A stretch of 62,539 bases of DNA, the filler included, from Platydemus manokwari (lineage: Eukaryota): NCBI GenBank assembly GCA_037951405.1. It is 6 parts of 6 records of this genome, joined end to end, with 100 filler letters (N's around TTAATTAATTAA, not from the genome) between each part and the next. Parts side by side here need not be neighbours in the genome. Positions count along the whole stretch, not along the records: positions 1 to 9,998 come from JBBMOY011180656.1; positions 10,099 to 20,265 come from JBBMOY011162213.1; 4 more parts are not named here. The stretch is one strand, 5' to 3'. Shown piece by piece: positions 1 through 17,169 of this stretch (position 1 is its first letter; each line of letters begins with the position of its first letter). A program made the position numbers and the translations under genes. Under the pieces are notes generated by a model. The model was not told the DNA's origin. It saw only the letters and a program-made list of their open reading frames with translations, and searched no databases.

Positions 1-37
<37 letters not shown>
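1..37. repeat. (AG)n microsatellite
   Basis: 18 perfect AG units at the window start. Confidence 0.97.
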
Positions 38-41
<4 letters not shown>

Positions 42-1730
42 ATTAGCGAAAGCTCATTTTTCCAAAAACCAACTTAAGCCCATTATTAAAACCGATAGGA
101 ATAAGTCCATTTCGGCATACAATTTTACATTTACCAATTGATTTCCAATACAAAAAAGGGTGTAAGCAATAAGTCCTAGGACTATACTCCATTGTATCTC
201 TTATTGTCATGCTTTGTTTAAAAAGTTCAGAGTCCATTAGCGATGAGCTACATTCAGGAATTATAATGTTCGTCATAAGGTTCAGTGCATATTGATGTGC
301 TAAGATTAATTTTAATTTTTATGGTTTTAATATATTACGTGTTTAAACTGTATCAGTACTGTGTAACATTAAACTTTATGCTTTTTCATCATAAATTGTC
401 ACTATTCACAATATTATCCATTTAGGTCTCAGTGACTTCAATATCAAAAGATAAGATCTAAAAATTTGAGACGTTAGATTTGAATGGCTGTTGACACACT
501 TACTATCTTCATACAATACATTTGTGTGAAGTGTAAGTGAATTATAATAAGTAAGAAAGATTGTACCCGTGGCCTTAATAATAAATTTCTTGTGACTGAT
601 TAAGGCAACAGTGATCACATAATACTACAATAGATATTTAAAAATAATGAGCATTTAAGGCCCAAACGCAACATACAGAGTGTTTCAGTTAATGCCGTGG
701 ATGTGTATCCCACATATTTGTTCCCTGTCGATGTTAAAGTCAATGCTTAAACTCTTGCAGACCAATATAATAATGTATGGCACTCGTTTGAAGAATTAAT
801 TAACAAAGCTTGGATATTATTATTAAAGGAACTATTTTTATAATAAAGACGTAAAGAAAGTTTAACTTTATGAATTTTAAAATGAATAAGCAATTGTAGT
901 TGTTGTTTATATGATACTTTAGTTAGTACTGGTGTAGTGGCAGCTGATACACTGAAAAATTCTAAATGAAATCTGTTTACTGACTTGATCGTAATGAAAT
1001 TTCCCTTTGTGAGCTGTATTGACTTAGTGAAGGTTTTTTAAATCCAGATTGTTTTTCTTTTTTGTTTCTGAATTTTCCTTTTCATTTTCGAATCAATGTT
1101 TATTTTTATATATTTTAACAATCTTGTATCGTGGGTTTATATTACTTCATTAATTTATATATTTATATAGCCACCTAGTTCCTTCACTTTTATTGACTAT
1201 GTTTTATTATCATTGTAAGTCGATTCAAATAGAAGCACCGAATTATTAAAATAATTATCAATGATAATAAATTATTGTCGAGCTAAAGTTAATCCATGCT
1301 CTCGATAACCACTAAAGTTTTATGGAGATTTAAGAATTTATGAATTCTGACGACTTTCTTCTGTTATTAGCATTTTTGTTTTGGGTTTTGTTAATGCCTC
1401 GTAATATTTAGGATGAATTTTAACAAAAATATTTCTAACATAGTAAAGTTTTGAGATCTTTATTTTACTTAAAAATGAAATAGGATTTCATGGTAACACA
1501 TAATTTGTTTCTCTGAGTAGTATTGTCCAATTTTTTTCAATAATTATATTCGATTGGGTTTTAATTGGGCGTTAGCAAAATTACCAGCATAGTTAACGAA
1601 TATTGTTATTGTTTCAAAGAATATTAATCTAAATAATTGAAATCAAAACGATTATTGTTCACTAAAAAATTACACTAAAGACAGAATAATTTGAATTTGC
1701 ATGACAATAACTTAAATATTAAACCTAATG

Positions 1731-2100
1731 CAATGGTTCTCAACCCCGGGATCGGCAAGCATTTTTTAAGGGATAGCCGAATTATGGTAGGTGGACAAAC
1801 CATTGCATATGTAAAATCATGCTTTAGAATGCTGTTAAATAAATAATTTGTGATGCTGATTAAACTCCTTCTGTTCACAATTACCTTGACTACTACATTT
1901 AAGTATTATATAGGTAATATTATTATCTGATAATCTTATTGTTATAGGTAATTCGTTATTTGTTGTAAATCAATGAAATGTTGGAAATTGATTTTATTAA
2001 ATGTGGTGAGTGATGACTTATTTTTAGTAATATTGATTTTCTTTGGGGTTGCCAAGGTCTTGAAAATGGGTCACCATAGAAAAAAGGTTGAAAACCGCTG
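1731..2100. mobile_element. Non-autonomous hAT (Charlie/Buster-type) MITE, 370 bp
   Basis: Left end CAATGGTTCTCAACC and right end GGTTGAAAACCGCTG are imperfect inverted repeats resembling the Charlie-type TIR CAGTGGTTCTCAACC. Flanks ACCTAATG (1723-1730) and ATCTAGTG (2101-2108) match 6/8, consistent with a decayed 8-bp TSD. Confidence 0.75.
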
Positions 2101-4255
2101 ATCTAGTGGTTAATAATTCATTGAATTAACTATAATGAATTTTCTTTTATTGAACTAATAATTTTGATTACTATATCTTTAAATAAGCTTTATTTTAGAT
2201 ATTAAAATTTTAGCTTCTAAATTAGTAAAATTAATATTGTTTTGATGTCTCTACCGACACCTGTAGATTAAATCAGGAATTACATATATAGCTGCTGCAC
2301 TATTCTTTTAATGTCAAAGTACATAACCTTTTTTACAATTATAATTTTTGTGTTCTGAAATAGTAATCGAATTCTCACCGTTATGATAGTTGTTCAAAGA
2401 TATAAAAGTATTTTAAAATACAAATTTGACTATTTTTCATGGAATAATTACAAATCACTTGAGTCTTAAAGCTTATGAATTCTGACAACATCAGAGCAAT
2501 GCTATCATTTGTCAAAACTTCTCGTGGAATACTTTCATAGAATTGTTTCAATTTTATACGGCATGGTCATGTATTGTGTTTGTTTTCCCAAACCATTCAA
2601 TTGGTGGGATTAGGACTGAGCACTGAAAATTCACAGTAAATTTGATTTGCTTTATACACAAGAACAGCACCTTACATTTGACAACTGTTGTGCATAGAGT
2701 TAAATTGTGGATAATGCGTCATCTTTTAGATGACTTCATACTGTCTAAGCTCTACAATGTCAACTACATGAGATATTATGCCTCCAATTCAAGACTTATG
2801 GTTTCAATCAGTCTTTTCAATTTAGTATATCAGGGTGACTTCTTTGTCTAGCGTCAATGCGTCTTCGCATGCCTCAGATGATATATTTCCGAAAACTTTA
2901 CCAAAATACCTATTTTACTGAGCCGAATATGGATTTCTTCAATGGGATACAGTTACACATTAATCGATTGGGCAATACTACAAAGTTAGAGCACTTAAGT
3001 AAATCAGAGTATTGACTGCCAGAGTATGAACACTACCAACACTAATATTACCGACCAAGCAATAGGAACTCTACTCTCCGAGCAAGTTCCTTTGGTCCCA
3101 CTTTCGGATTCTGAAGTGGAAGAAATACAGACAATTTATCTTATGGCAATAATCAAAACAATATGAACAATCACTTTAGAAAGAGATCCTTGGTATACGG
3201 AGAACCTTCAACGACTTAGCTGGGATAAAGCAAGTGACACGTGAAATAAAAACCCCTTATTAAAAATATAATTAGAATATTTATATTCATTGATTTAGGA
3301 TTATCTTTATTATTCTTGTTATCCTTATTACTACTGTTATTGCTTATGTTATTATTTATATTATACCGCTTATTGCTCACGTTACCGATATTGTAATGTA
3401 TATAATTGTAAAGGTGTGTATAGATTAGCGGCATATCAATTAGATTTGCACCACTCAATCTCAATTTAAAATATCTACAAAGATATTGATATAAAAGTTA
3501 AAAAAATATTGTTTACAAATAGTTGCTGATATATGCAAACAAAAAATCAATGTTGACGGAGGCGAAATCACGATTTCAACTTATAATTTTATAATGATTA
3601 CAATGTTATCAAAAAGAAACCATGACGGCTGGGCCAGCATGCAAAAATAAATATTTGCATCCTCTGTAATATCAAGCAATAACGCCTGATTAAAGTGGTG
3701 ATATTTATGCGAAAATCAAAATAACAATGATGATCCGATTAATATTTATAATTGGTTTTATTCAATTTTTAGATTATTTAAATGAAAAAATGCAGAAAAA
3801 TTTTCGAAAATAATTTCCACCGATTTGAATGGGAAATTCTTTCCACTTGTCGACACGCACTTGTACAGCGTTTAATCAGTAGAAATAAAGTTTTTAAATT
3901 GCGAAATATCATCAAAGTGGTTTTGGTAAAACAAAATTAATTTAAAATTATTATTTTTCGTGTTTTATAAATTTTATTTAAATGCTATGATAAATATTAA
4001 CTTAACGAATAGAGTCACGCTAATATTATCTATTAAGGCATCCAAATCGCGTATTGCTTGTAAAACAATATCCATTCCATTCAGTACTCATGCCAAATCA
4101 ATTAGATGTTCGAATAAAATAATTTCAAAAAAATATTTATTAAAAAAACCCGAAGCACACCGACTAATAGAATATAAAAGATATTTATCTACCAAGCATA
4201 ATTAAAGAAAAAAATGTGCAATCGAAATAAACCAAAGAATCATTGGGAATGTTGA

Positions 4256-7834
<3,579 letters not shown>

Positions 7835-9511
7835 TTAAATCTGTTGAATTTGAAATTACAAAGTTAAACAAATTTCTTCGATAATTTTTGTTTAGAATAT
7901 ATGTAATACATCATTGATATGCATTATTATGTATTGATGAATAAGGTTGAATGTAAATCTGTTCTTAATATTCGAATAATTATATATTAATTAAAAAAAT
8001 GTAATTACTTTAGGTCATAATAAATGTTTAAAAATTTGAATTTTAATAGTTTTGCAAAAATTCAATTGAAATCGTAACCTACGGTGAAAATCATATTATT
8101 TTGCTTAGTTTACTAATACAGTATACCCAAATATTTGACCGCCTCTATTTGTACTCTAGGTTCAATACTGAGAAGTTCTGATTAAAATATATACAACATA
8201 ATTTACAACCCAAAATTCGTACAAAGTTCCAAGATCCGATTAAAAATTTGAAAATATCTACTAGAAAATTCTCAAAGTAGTATAATTTTTTTACAAATTA
8301 GTTACTACTCTAAATTGCCTTTAACTATTATACCGTTACAATACATTTACTACTTTACTAAGCATTACTAACTCACAGCTTATTTTCTTTTACCGAAAAA
8401 CATAATCAATTACCTTAAAAGTAACCTTGTTAATTTCTTTCTTAGTTTTCAAAATATCACGAACCACTGTTTTGCTCAGATTTTTTATACAAATACTTAG
8501 TAGAGTCTAACTATGTATACCGACAGAAAATAAAAATGTTTTATAATTACAATAAAAGGTTATCTACAGAAATTAATATAATGGATTAATATTGGATTAT
8601 TGATTTCCCCACTGATAAGTTTTATTGTATTTTCTCATTTCGATTTATATAATTTATTAACTATTTCTTTTTGTTACTTTGATTAATTTTCATTTTTAAC
8701 TCAACGTATTTATTAAAATCTTAAATTTCAGTTCACAAAAATTAAATTATAAAACTACTGTGTTTTAAAACCTTTAAACAAAACAAAAACAAGGCATTCT
8801 AGAGCCAGAAAAGAGTAAAAAATACAAAATGAAAAATAAAACAATAGCAGAATAACTAGGAAATCTGATCAGTTACATTTTTAACATTCTGAGTGAAAAA
8901 ATTGTCTTTTATAATAATAAATGCATACCATATAATAAAATTGTTTGAGATATTTCGTAATCACAGCATCAATACTAGACTGAGTGGAGATTTAAAAATA
9001 TTCAATAAAATGAATTCACAGAATTGTTGCATAATCTTTAAAATATTTATTTCAAAATGGTTTATACATTGTATTTAGTTTAATAATATATTAATCTTTT
9101 AGAACCCATATATGGTTTTCATGGAACTGTATTGGCATTAGTGTTTTTGTGCATTCACATAGGCTATTTGATAATTGCAATCTATATGCACCTAATTTTC
9201 TCACGCATTTATTTAGATTTGGCATAATGATTTTAGAATTTTAATAATTTAACGCAATTATGTCAATCTATTTCAGAAAGTTAGAAAGACTTGACCAATG
9301 AATTTTCTTAATTAATTACTTATTCTCTTACTTTTCCTATTAATTTGTTCTTATGATTTAATAAATTTTTATTTTTTGAACCATACAAAATTTTTTTCAT
9401 TGATTTTTACATAAAAATCATAAAATATTTACAAGTAAATCATATTCATGCGAAAAGTAAAATCAAGAGTTAAAATGAAATCGCTAGAGTTAAATCATAA
9501 ATTAATTGTCT

Positions 9512-9673
9512 TTATCGATGCCCATACTCCATTTCTCCAGGCTTTGATAAGAGGATTGAGACTGGGATTGTTGGGATTTGTTTCTTATCTTCTGGTAGAC
9601 TGAAGACAAGGAGTGAAATGACCCTATTTGTGGCTTTTGAGACGATATTATTGAAGATTGCATTTATCCGGAT
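9512..9673 (-). CDS. Candidate terminal exon of an unidentified gene cut off by the contig end
   Basis: Acceptor tttatttgttacag followed by a phase-0 frame of 53 aa (IRINAIFNNIVSKATNRVISLLVFSLPEDKKQIPTIPVSILLSKPGEMEYGHR*) with locally raised GC. No family recognised. Confidence 0.35.
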   Translation of the reverse strand: MRINAIFNNIVSKATNRVISLLVFSLPEDKKQIPTIPVSILLSKPGEMEYGHR

Positions 9674-9998
9674 CTGTAACAAATAAATAAAATGGGATAC
9701 TAAATATTGTGTGACTAAAAATTGAATGAAAATGCTTGACCAACGGACATGTAACCAAATGGGAAAGTATATAAATTTGAAGGAATTTAATATAATATAT
9801 AATTGAAGATTTATTTTATACGGGGACTCGAAATTTGTTACTTTGAACTTGTTAAGACTAAATATTAGAGAAAGAAAATATGAAGAATATGTAATAAGCA
9901 CAAGAAGAGTAGTCAGTCACTATTCCATCATACCAAGCATACGAGCAGACCAACAATATTCCCGACAACTTTATTTAATATCGTACATAAATAATTAG

Positions 9999-10098
9999 NN
10001 NNNNNNNNNNNNNNNNNNNNNNNNNNNNNNNNNNNNNNNNNNTTAATTAATTAANNNNNNNNNNNNNNNNNNNNNNNNNNNNNNNNNNNNNNNNNNNN
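9999..10098. other. Artificial contig-joining spacer
   Basis: N44 + TTAATTAATTAA (stop codons in all six frames) + N44 = 100 nt. Confidence 0.97.
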
Positions 10099-10184
10099 AC
10101 GTGTATGTTAATGATTTGCTACAGCACACACACAAGTGTTTACATCTGGTGTCAAATTCCGGTTATTAAGTTATATACCCAATA
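10099..10184 (-). mobile_element. Mariner-like element end (probably 5' TIR), cut by the contig start
   Basis: Minus strand reads TA-TTGGGTATATAACTTAATAACCGGAATTTGACACCAGATG, a mariner-type TIR following a TA target. It is related to the ends at 20441 and 31198. Confidence 0.6.
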
Positions 10185-11209
10185 GTGCTAATTATTTTAA
10201 TTTATAACTATCAAAAACTCTCTATCACATTTATTTATTAATCATCTGTTAATATTTTAAAATATACCAACAACCCAGTTGAGTTGTTCTGGTATTTAAA
10301 TTTATTTAAGCAATATTATTCATCTCCTGTCAATTAATCTCCACCAACAACTCTGTTAAGTTGTTCCGGCGACCCAAATTTAAACCGTTTCTAATTTAAT
10401 TGAATCCAAGTACAAAGTTCCTCTATACTGAACCCAGTTTAACTAGAGGTTAAATCCTATAAAATCTAAAATCCTAAGCAAATATGGTCCAAGAGGTTAC
10501 GGTTCCACGTAGGCCTAACCTCCAATAATCTAGCAGCTTTAGGGCTCTTACCGGGACACCTAAGAGACCATATACAAAATGACACGCTCTATCAACATCA
10601 TCCATAAATTCAAATAACTATTATTTCACTTAAATTCTAATGAATCTGTTACAATAATACAATCGCTCATTGGTCATTCATTTATTATTTCCATGTAGTT
10701 GCAAAACACGGATATACTCAATTACAATTGACTGAAATTATTTTTATATTCTCTAATTCTGTGTAGTGAAAATTAGCAAAGATATTGCAAAAGTCCTAGT
10801 TTAGGATGCATTGTAATTAAACCTAAACAATAAAAATAATCATTTTAATTATATTTAAGGTTTCTATTGCTAATTTGGGGCATACAATACATCAGTTATT
10901 CATAAGTAGCTGTATTAAATGATAAATAATGAAAACTCAAACAATATTTATTCAAATTTACAATCGAGATTATCCAAATTCATCAAAAGAATTCACCAAG
11001 AAACATTTTTTACAAACATTGCTTTATCATGAATATTTGTACGTCATTATATGTAAGATATATTATAGAATAAATCATAAATAAAAATGATCTGAAATAT
11101 ATGTTAATCTAAAGATTATTTCTGATTTATTAAATATGGCGTTAGAAATTAATACAATTAATATGATCTATTTATAATATAATCATTATGATAATACAAT
11201 TTATTTTCA

Positions 11210-14200
11210 TTAATCAAAATATAATGAAACAATAATTATTAAAATTATATTTTTGAATATGTATAATGTATTGTCTAATATTTTATTATTAATATAAAAT
11301 TAGTGATATATAATAGTAACATAAAGTTATAAGTATTCTTTATAAAAAAGTAATTCAAATATCTGATAAAAATAAATAAATTTTACCACTCTTTTGATCA
11401 TTGATTTTTCCATTGCAGAAATTGTATGTGCAGCAAAGTTTCGAATATATTTTACTATTGATTTGAACTGTGCAATTTGACGAGCAATGTTTGTTAATTA
11501 AATTCCATGATGTTTCATTGATCCAACCAATTTCTGTAACGCAGAATGAACAGTTTCTTTGATAAAACATTGTTGCATTATTATTTGCGCAATTATCACA
11601 CACAAGACAGCTAATTTTCCTTGTTGAAACAGGAGCTGGATTCGCAGATAAATTTTCATTAATAGCATTAAATTAATTTAATTTTAAAAATAATGATCGA
11701 AACATGAAAATATAAAATTGAAAATCATGATTAAGCATAGCTCATCAATAACCTGTTATTAAGAAGATTTCAATTAAATCGCGAATTTAATTTTTAACAT
11801 AAAAATGTCATATAATAGAATTGTTATTCTATTAGATAATATGAATAATGGTTAATTATAAATAATAACCTTGAAAAGTTCTTGGATTTTGTTCGTTGCA
11901 GAAATCAGTGTTACAGCAAAACCATCTTTGAACTTTTGATTGAAGACATTTCAGTGAACACGTCCGTGATATAAATTTGTCATTGAAATCATATGACAAA
12001 CCATGCATTATAGAAACACATTTAGAACAATTGGTATTGATTTGGATATTTTGAACTGCTTCACTGCAGTTTTCGCAAATACTGCATTTAATGTTTCTGT
12101 TAGTTGGCCATTCTAAAATAATATGAAAGTCGATAAGTATTGAAAATTCAACTTCATATTTTATTTTCATTTTAATCAGTTCGCTGAAATTCAATCAAAG
12201 ATTTTCTCTATTAGAATTAAGGAAATAAATAATCTTTTCATAGAATCTATTTGTTTTACAAACACATTGATTAATTGCATTTCAAAGTGCTTGAAATTGT
12301 TTTAATTATCTATCCCGGATTGAATTATCAAAATGAATAATTTTATCGATCGTGCTAAAATCCTTTAATTGTATGTGTTTCTCTTTCATGTGGATCAAAC
12401 CGTAACATAGTGTATTCTCGATGTTAGTGCCTTAATCAATATTATGTCTCAAAATTTATTCATTATTCTTCACAAATTTTTTTTTGTTTGTGCATTTTTT
12501 ATTCATATTTAATTATTATGTAAACTAAAAAAATATATAAATAAATATAATAACGATTGTTTTTTCAAATATCTTTTTTCTTACACACATTCTTTAGGTT
12601 TCTATAATTCATTTTCACTGTTAATTTAATGAAATATTATCTTGCAGCAATTTCAATATATATTTTTCTTCAATCTCGCTGAGTTTGATATTCTGTCTTT
12701 AGAGAATTTTAGGCGGTTTTATTTGTAAAATATTAATTGAGAAATATTTATGCAAAATTTAATAATAGCTTATTTATTTTTAAAGTATGAAATATTTATT
12801 TCTGGTTTTCAGCACTACTTGCTACGAAAGTCATTAAACAGTTGGACCCAAAGTCTTTTATATGTGGCATTAATTACGATTTGCCGAGTCAATACAACAT
12901 CGGTAAATAAAATACGTGAGTGACTATCGAATATTCTGAATATTTGAGAAAAGAAATCACAAGTATCTTGACTTACATCTACAGAATATTTATCATTGTC
13001 TTGAGTAGAAATATTATATATACAAAGATTTTTAAAATCAATTTTTATTTAAATAATCTTTTTAAATAGAAAATAAATTTTGATGACAAAATTACAAATA
13101 ATCAATTTAATTTGTTAATATATTTCGTTTACAAAAAAATTTAACTTTAAAGTCATCGTATTGGTTTCAATTTCTTATTTTATCACCTAACTATGAACTA
13201 TGATTGTAAATATTTTGATAATAATCTCAAATAATAATTTATTAATTTAATTCCAACCTGTAACTGTCTTTTGCAAATACACATTGCAAAATGAATTTCT
13301 GCAGCATGATGTCACAGCTGAAGTGTTTGTGATTGAAAAATAGCACTCTGACGAACAGGATTTGTGTAGTGTTACTTTGTTGCCTTTTTGATTAGCTTTT
13401 TTCATATATGTTAAACAATACGTGCAATTATTGTTAAAATCACGAATTTTATTATAGAAATTGCAATTTTGACATTCCTGACATATGATTCGACCTTTTT
13501 GTCCTACATTTAAAATAAAAATATCAATCATATCATTTATTTTTGATAAATAAAATTCAATTTATATCTTGAAAAGTAGTTGAGATTAACCTGAGTATGA
13601 TCCTGTTTTATTTGCATTGCATAAAAAGAAATTGCAATAAAATATCGGTAAATGAGAATAGGAAATTAATTGAGCTACATCCGTTAGGCAATATTTTGAA
13701 ATGATTTTTGATTTTTGAAAAATCTTATCACTCATAATGCTTATCAAACAAAATTGACAATGATATTCAATGGAAAATTGATGGCTTTCTTTACAATGTT
13801 GGCAAACGAAACAATGAACACCTTGGCGAGCATCTAAAATAATAAAAAAGTAAATATTTTCAACCAAACAATAATAAATAAATTCTTGAATCAGTATAAA
13901 GATTCATAAAAAAGTTTAAATATGAATAATAAAATTTCATACATAAATTCTTTATATTGTTTTCTTTATTGCATAAATCAGTATTGCAACAAAATGTGCT
14001 TCTATTACTTTCTAAATCAGGATATTCACAATTTGGAACGCATGATTTATTAATAAATGTGTTTCCATTATAATTCTTAAATCTTGACAAACAAAATGTG
14101 CAATTTGTATGTTCAACCGGTTTTGATTCGTTATTTTGACAGTTTTGACAAACGTGGCATTTGATAGTATAGGCCATTGAGCACCCTGATTGATTGTTTA

Positions 14201-14281
14201 AAAGTTTGTATAAAAATATAAACATGATTTAAACTTACTCATCAAGACTAAAGCTGCAAATAAAATCAATCTGGAACTCAT
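11210..14281 (-). CDS. Five-domain Ly6/uPAR (three-finger) protein with signal peptide and hydrophobic C-terminal (GPI-signal-like) tail, 7 exons, about 443 aa
   Basis: Exons: 14281-14239 (MSSRLILFAALVLM), 14185-13943, 13833-13591, 13503-13258, 12112-11870, 11635-11387, and 11274-11210 (DNTLYIFKNIILIIIVSLYFD*). All introns are GT-AG and phase 1; total 1332 nt. Each internal exon holds one CxxCxxC...CxxC...C..C...CCxxxxCN domain (domain 2 lacks two of the cysteines). Confidence 0.85.
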
Positions 14282-17169
14282 TATAAAAATGAAATGAATG
14301 TTTCTTAAATTCTATTTATAGATGGTGATTATGAGAGAATATGGACACCATATATGTAAAGGATAAAAGTATAATTGGGTAGAAAAAGTAACTATGACAA
14401 CTAATTATCGCTGAAAATTCAAAGAATTTTTTTGTCTATATTCAAGTTGAAACAAATACCTGAAGTTTGCATTGTTTGGCTTATCTCCTTACAATCTATT
14501 AGCTTTTAAGGTTAGTCATTTAGAAAAATAGGTAATAAAAACAGTTGTCTATATGTGCATGATGAAATTTACACAAATGAAATATGATATTCTCCAAAGT
14601 AGCAATCCAATAATATTGTCATAAATTTATTTTATTAAATTTGCATTAAGTGTTCACAAAAATATACAGATTGTGTAGGATAAAACAATTTTTTCAACTT
14701 GCTATTCGTTTATTAATGTGTGCATTGGAATTTCTATATTTCCGTTTATCTTGTAGCTAACTAGAATGTAGATTCCTTTTAATGTGAATATTTAAAATTA
14801 ATGTTGAACTCTAAGTACACCTCTAGTTGTCAATAGTTGTCATTTTGATAAATATTATTTTATGAAGCAAAATATTTTACTCATAATCCATTTCATTTTC
14901 ATTTACCTTTCCAGACTTAAGAGTTACTTTTTATTTATTTTTCATAAGGCCATTTTTAGTTTAGTTTTTCTAGTGGAGTTGTTGTTAAAAAAATTGCTCA
15001 GCGAGAAAAAAGAAATATTAAATCAGGTGCAACAACAAATGTCTATAAAATATATTTTTATTTTTATTTGTAAGTATCTTTGGATCATTTGATGATGATA
15101 AATATAAAAGATTGAATAATAATAAAAAATTAAAATAAATCTAGAATGTAGGATTAAAAGAATAGATTAAGGTTTAAATAAATTAATGCTATTAATTAAA
15201 TGTCATAACAATGATAAAACGTCAATCAGAAAAATGATAACCCTTAAATACAAAATATAACGATTCTTTATTCAGGAAAACCATATAATTGAAAGTCCAG
15301 ATGAAAATAATTTTTTCCGATTGATATAACTGGTCAAAACATTGAATTTGAAAATAATATATTTTATATTAAATAAGCCGATAATTTTTCTAAAAGAAAG
15401 ACGGAATAAACACTTGACATGATCAAACAAGAACGACATTGATTTGAATCCAAATATTTAAATTTTTTCTGATCCAAACATCCGATTTTACAAATAATAT
15501 AAATCAGTACTCATTTCACTGCAAATATCGAAAATAACTATTTAAACAGTTTTAAAATTCCCGCATTTACTCAACAAGAATCCACTGTAACTGCTTTGAT
15601 ATTGCTTTTAAATTCGATTTCTTTAAATAAATCTTGTTTAAAGTAAAAACGTATTATTTGTGTAAACCTTGATTAAAAGTGTTAAACAAATCATGTGCAT
15701 TGATAGAAATTCTGACATACTGGATCAAATAAAAAGTAAAACACATCATTCAGCAGATCATACAGCATTTTAAGATATTAAATAAGTTGTTGATAAATTA
15801 ATAGAAGTCATTTATTTCTGTGTGTTAACAGTACTTCAATTTTTAGAGTTATAAACGTCAATGAATCTAATTTATCCTTACCGATATATCTTGAAGCAAA
15901 TTTTCATTAGTTAGTTAGTTTCATATTTTAAAAATTAGGTAATATATTATTTGATTTGATTTCTTTAAAATTCCATTTTAGAAATCAAAGAAAACTTGTG
16001 TATTTTTTGGATAAATTATTTTATCAACCGAAACGTAATCATTTCATTATCAGAAAGTGACAAATTATTAATCATGTAGTATATTTGAAGATAGCTGTGT
16101 AATTCTTTTTGCTAGTATGAATCGATGAAGAATTTATTTTGAGACCCATCTCTTAGAAAGACATGCTGATATGTAATTAATATAATAAAAATGCGGATAA
16201 TAGTTTAATAATTTACTGACAGTAATGTGGTATCACTAAATCATCATAACAACATGGGCAAAGATAAAGAGAAAATAATTTACTAATAGACTAAAACGTA
16301 AATTTTTTCATAACTTTAATGGGATAAATTATATGGCCTATAAATACGGACTATAAATTCAAGATCAGAATCATAATATTTTTATTATCTTCTACCTTTT
16401 GAAAGTATTTTATTTCACTGAACAATATTTTATCTTCTAATAATCAAGAATTGTGTTTCGTTGCTATGATACATAAATTTTTTTATACCTACCACGTATG
16501 ATTTACAAATAAGTAATTTATACCTTTTTGTTGGTACCAACACAAGCGTTACCACGGGAGTTATCTTCAAATGATCTTCAATAATTAATATTAATATTCA
16601 CCATTTCTAAATGATAATGATAAATATCAAGATAACCATGATGTGTGACTTGCTGAACAATGTCATTATTCTATTGTTAACGTTTAGACAAGGAAATCAT
16701 CACCATTGTTTTATATGAATGTTATAGACTTACTTTTTTACAGCAGGACACCGATTAAAACAACGTTTATTCAGAGTTCACCAAAGTTTTCCCAATGTTT
16801 TATTTCAATTCAAACATCAAAGTAAAATTTTGTGTGAAATGACATGATAATACAAGACGTCTCTCATACTGAAACAAAAAATGGACAAAAATAATTAATT
16901 CTTTTGCCTATGGCGAATAATCGTGTATCATAGAAACAAGACATAATTGTATAAGTAATGAAGTACAGATGAATGAAAAAAGATACCATTAACAGTAGGA
17001 ATCTAATAATATTGTGATATATCGATGGAAATTTGATATCATATCAATCCAGAGCAATACAAGTTTTTTGTTCTTCTTAATATATATAAATTATGTAATG
17101 ATTATGCAATAAGATAAGTATGTTTATTAACAATTTTTAAACGACAATCATTCTGATTCCCAAACAAGC

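Noticed and set aside
2480-3230. Decayed LTR-retrotransposon integrase tail
   Set aside because: GC is slightly raised, but no diagnostic motif could be read in any frame.
43-4205. Short ORFs of 60-85 aa in the first 4 kb (and similar Ile/Phe/Asn/Lys-rich ORFs elsewhere)
   Set aside because: Composition and length are as expected by chance in AT-rich DNA; no splice chain or family motif.
10043-10054. TTAATTAATTAA palindromes recurring every 10-11 kb as a biological periodic signal
   Set aside because: Always embedded in N44...N44; this is a synthetic six-frame-stop spacer.
10141-10162. TGGTGTCA after ...ACA as an LTR primer-binding site
   Set aside because: Only 8 nt resemble a tRNA 3' end, and the segment is better explained as the inner part of a mariner-like terminus.
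11355-14225. Five separate small toxin-like genes as listed in the ORF track
   Set aside because: The ORF N-termini are intronic AT-rich sequence. Splice sites link all five to one signal exon.
14862-15330. Small secreted peptide gene (MKQNILLIIHFIFIYL...) divergent from the Ly6 gene
   Set aside because: A splice path exists, but the sites are weak, the hydrophobicity is explained by AT bias, and no motif is recognisable.
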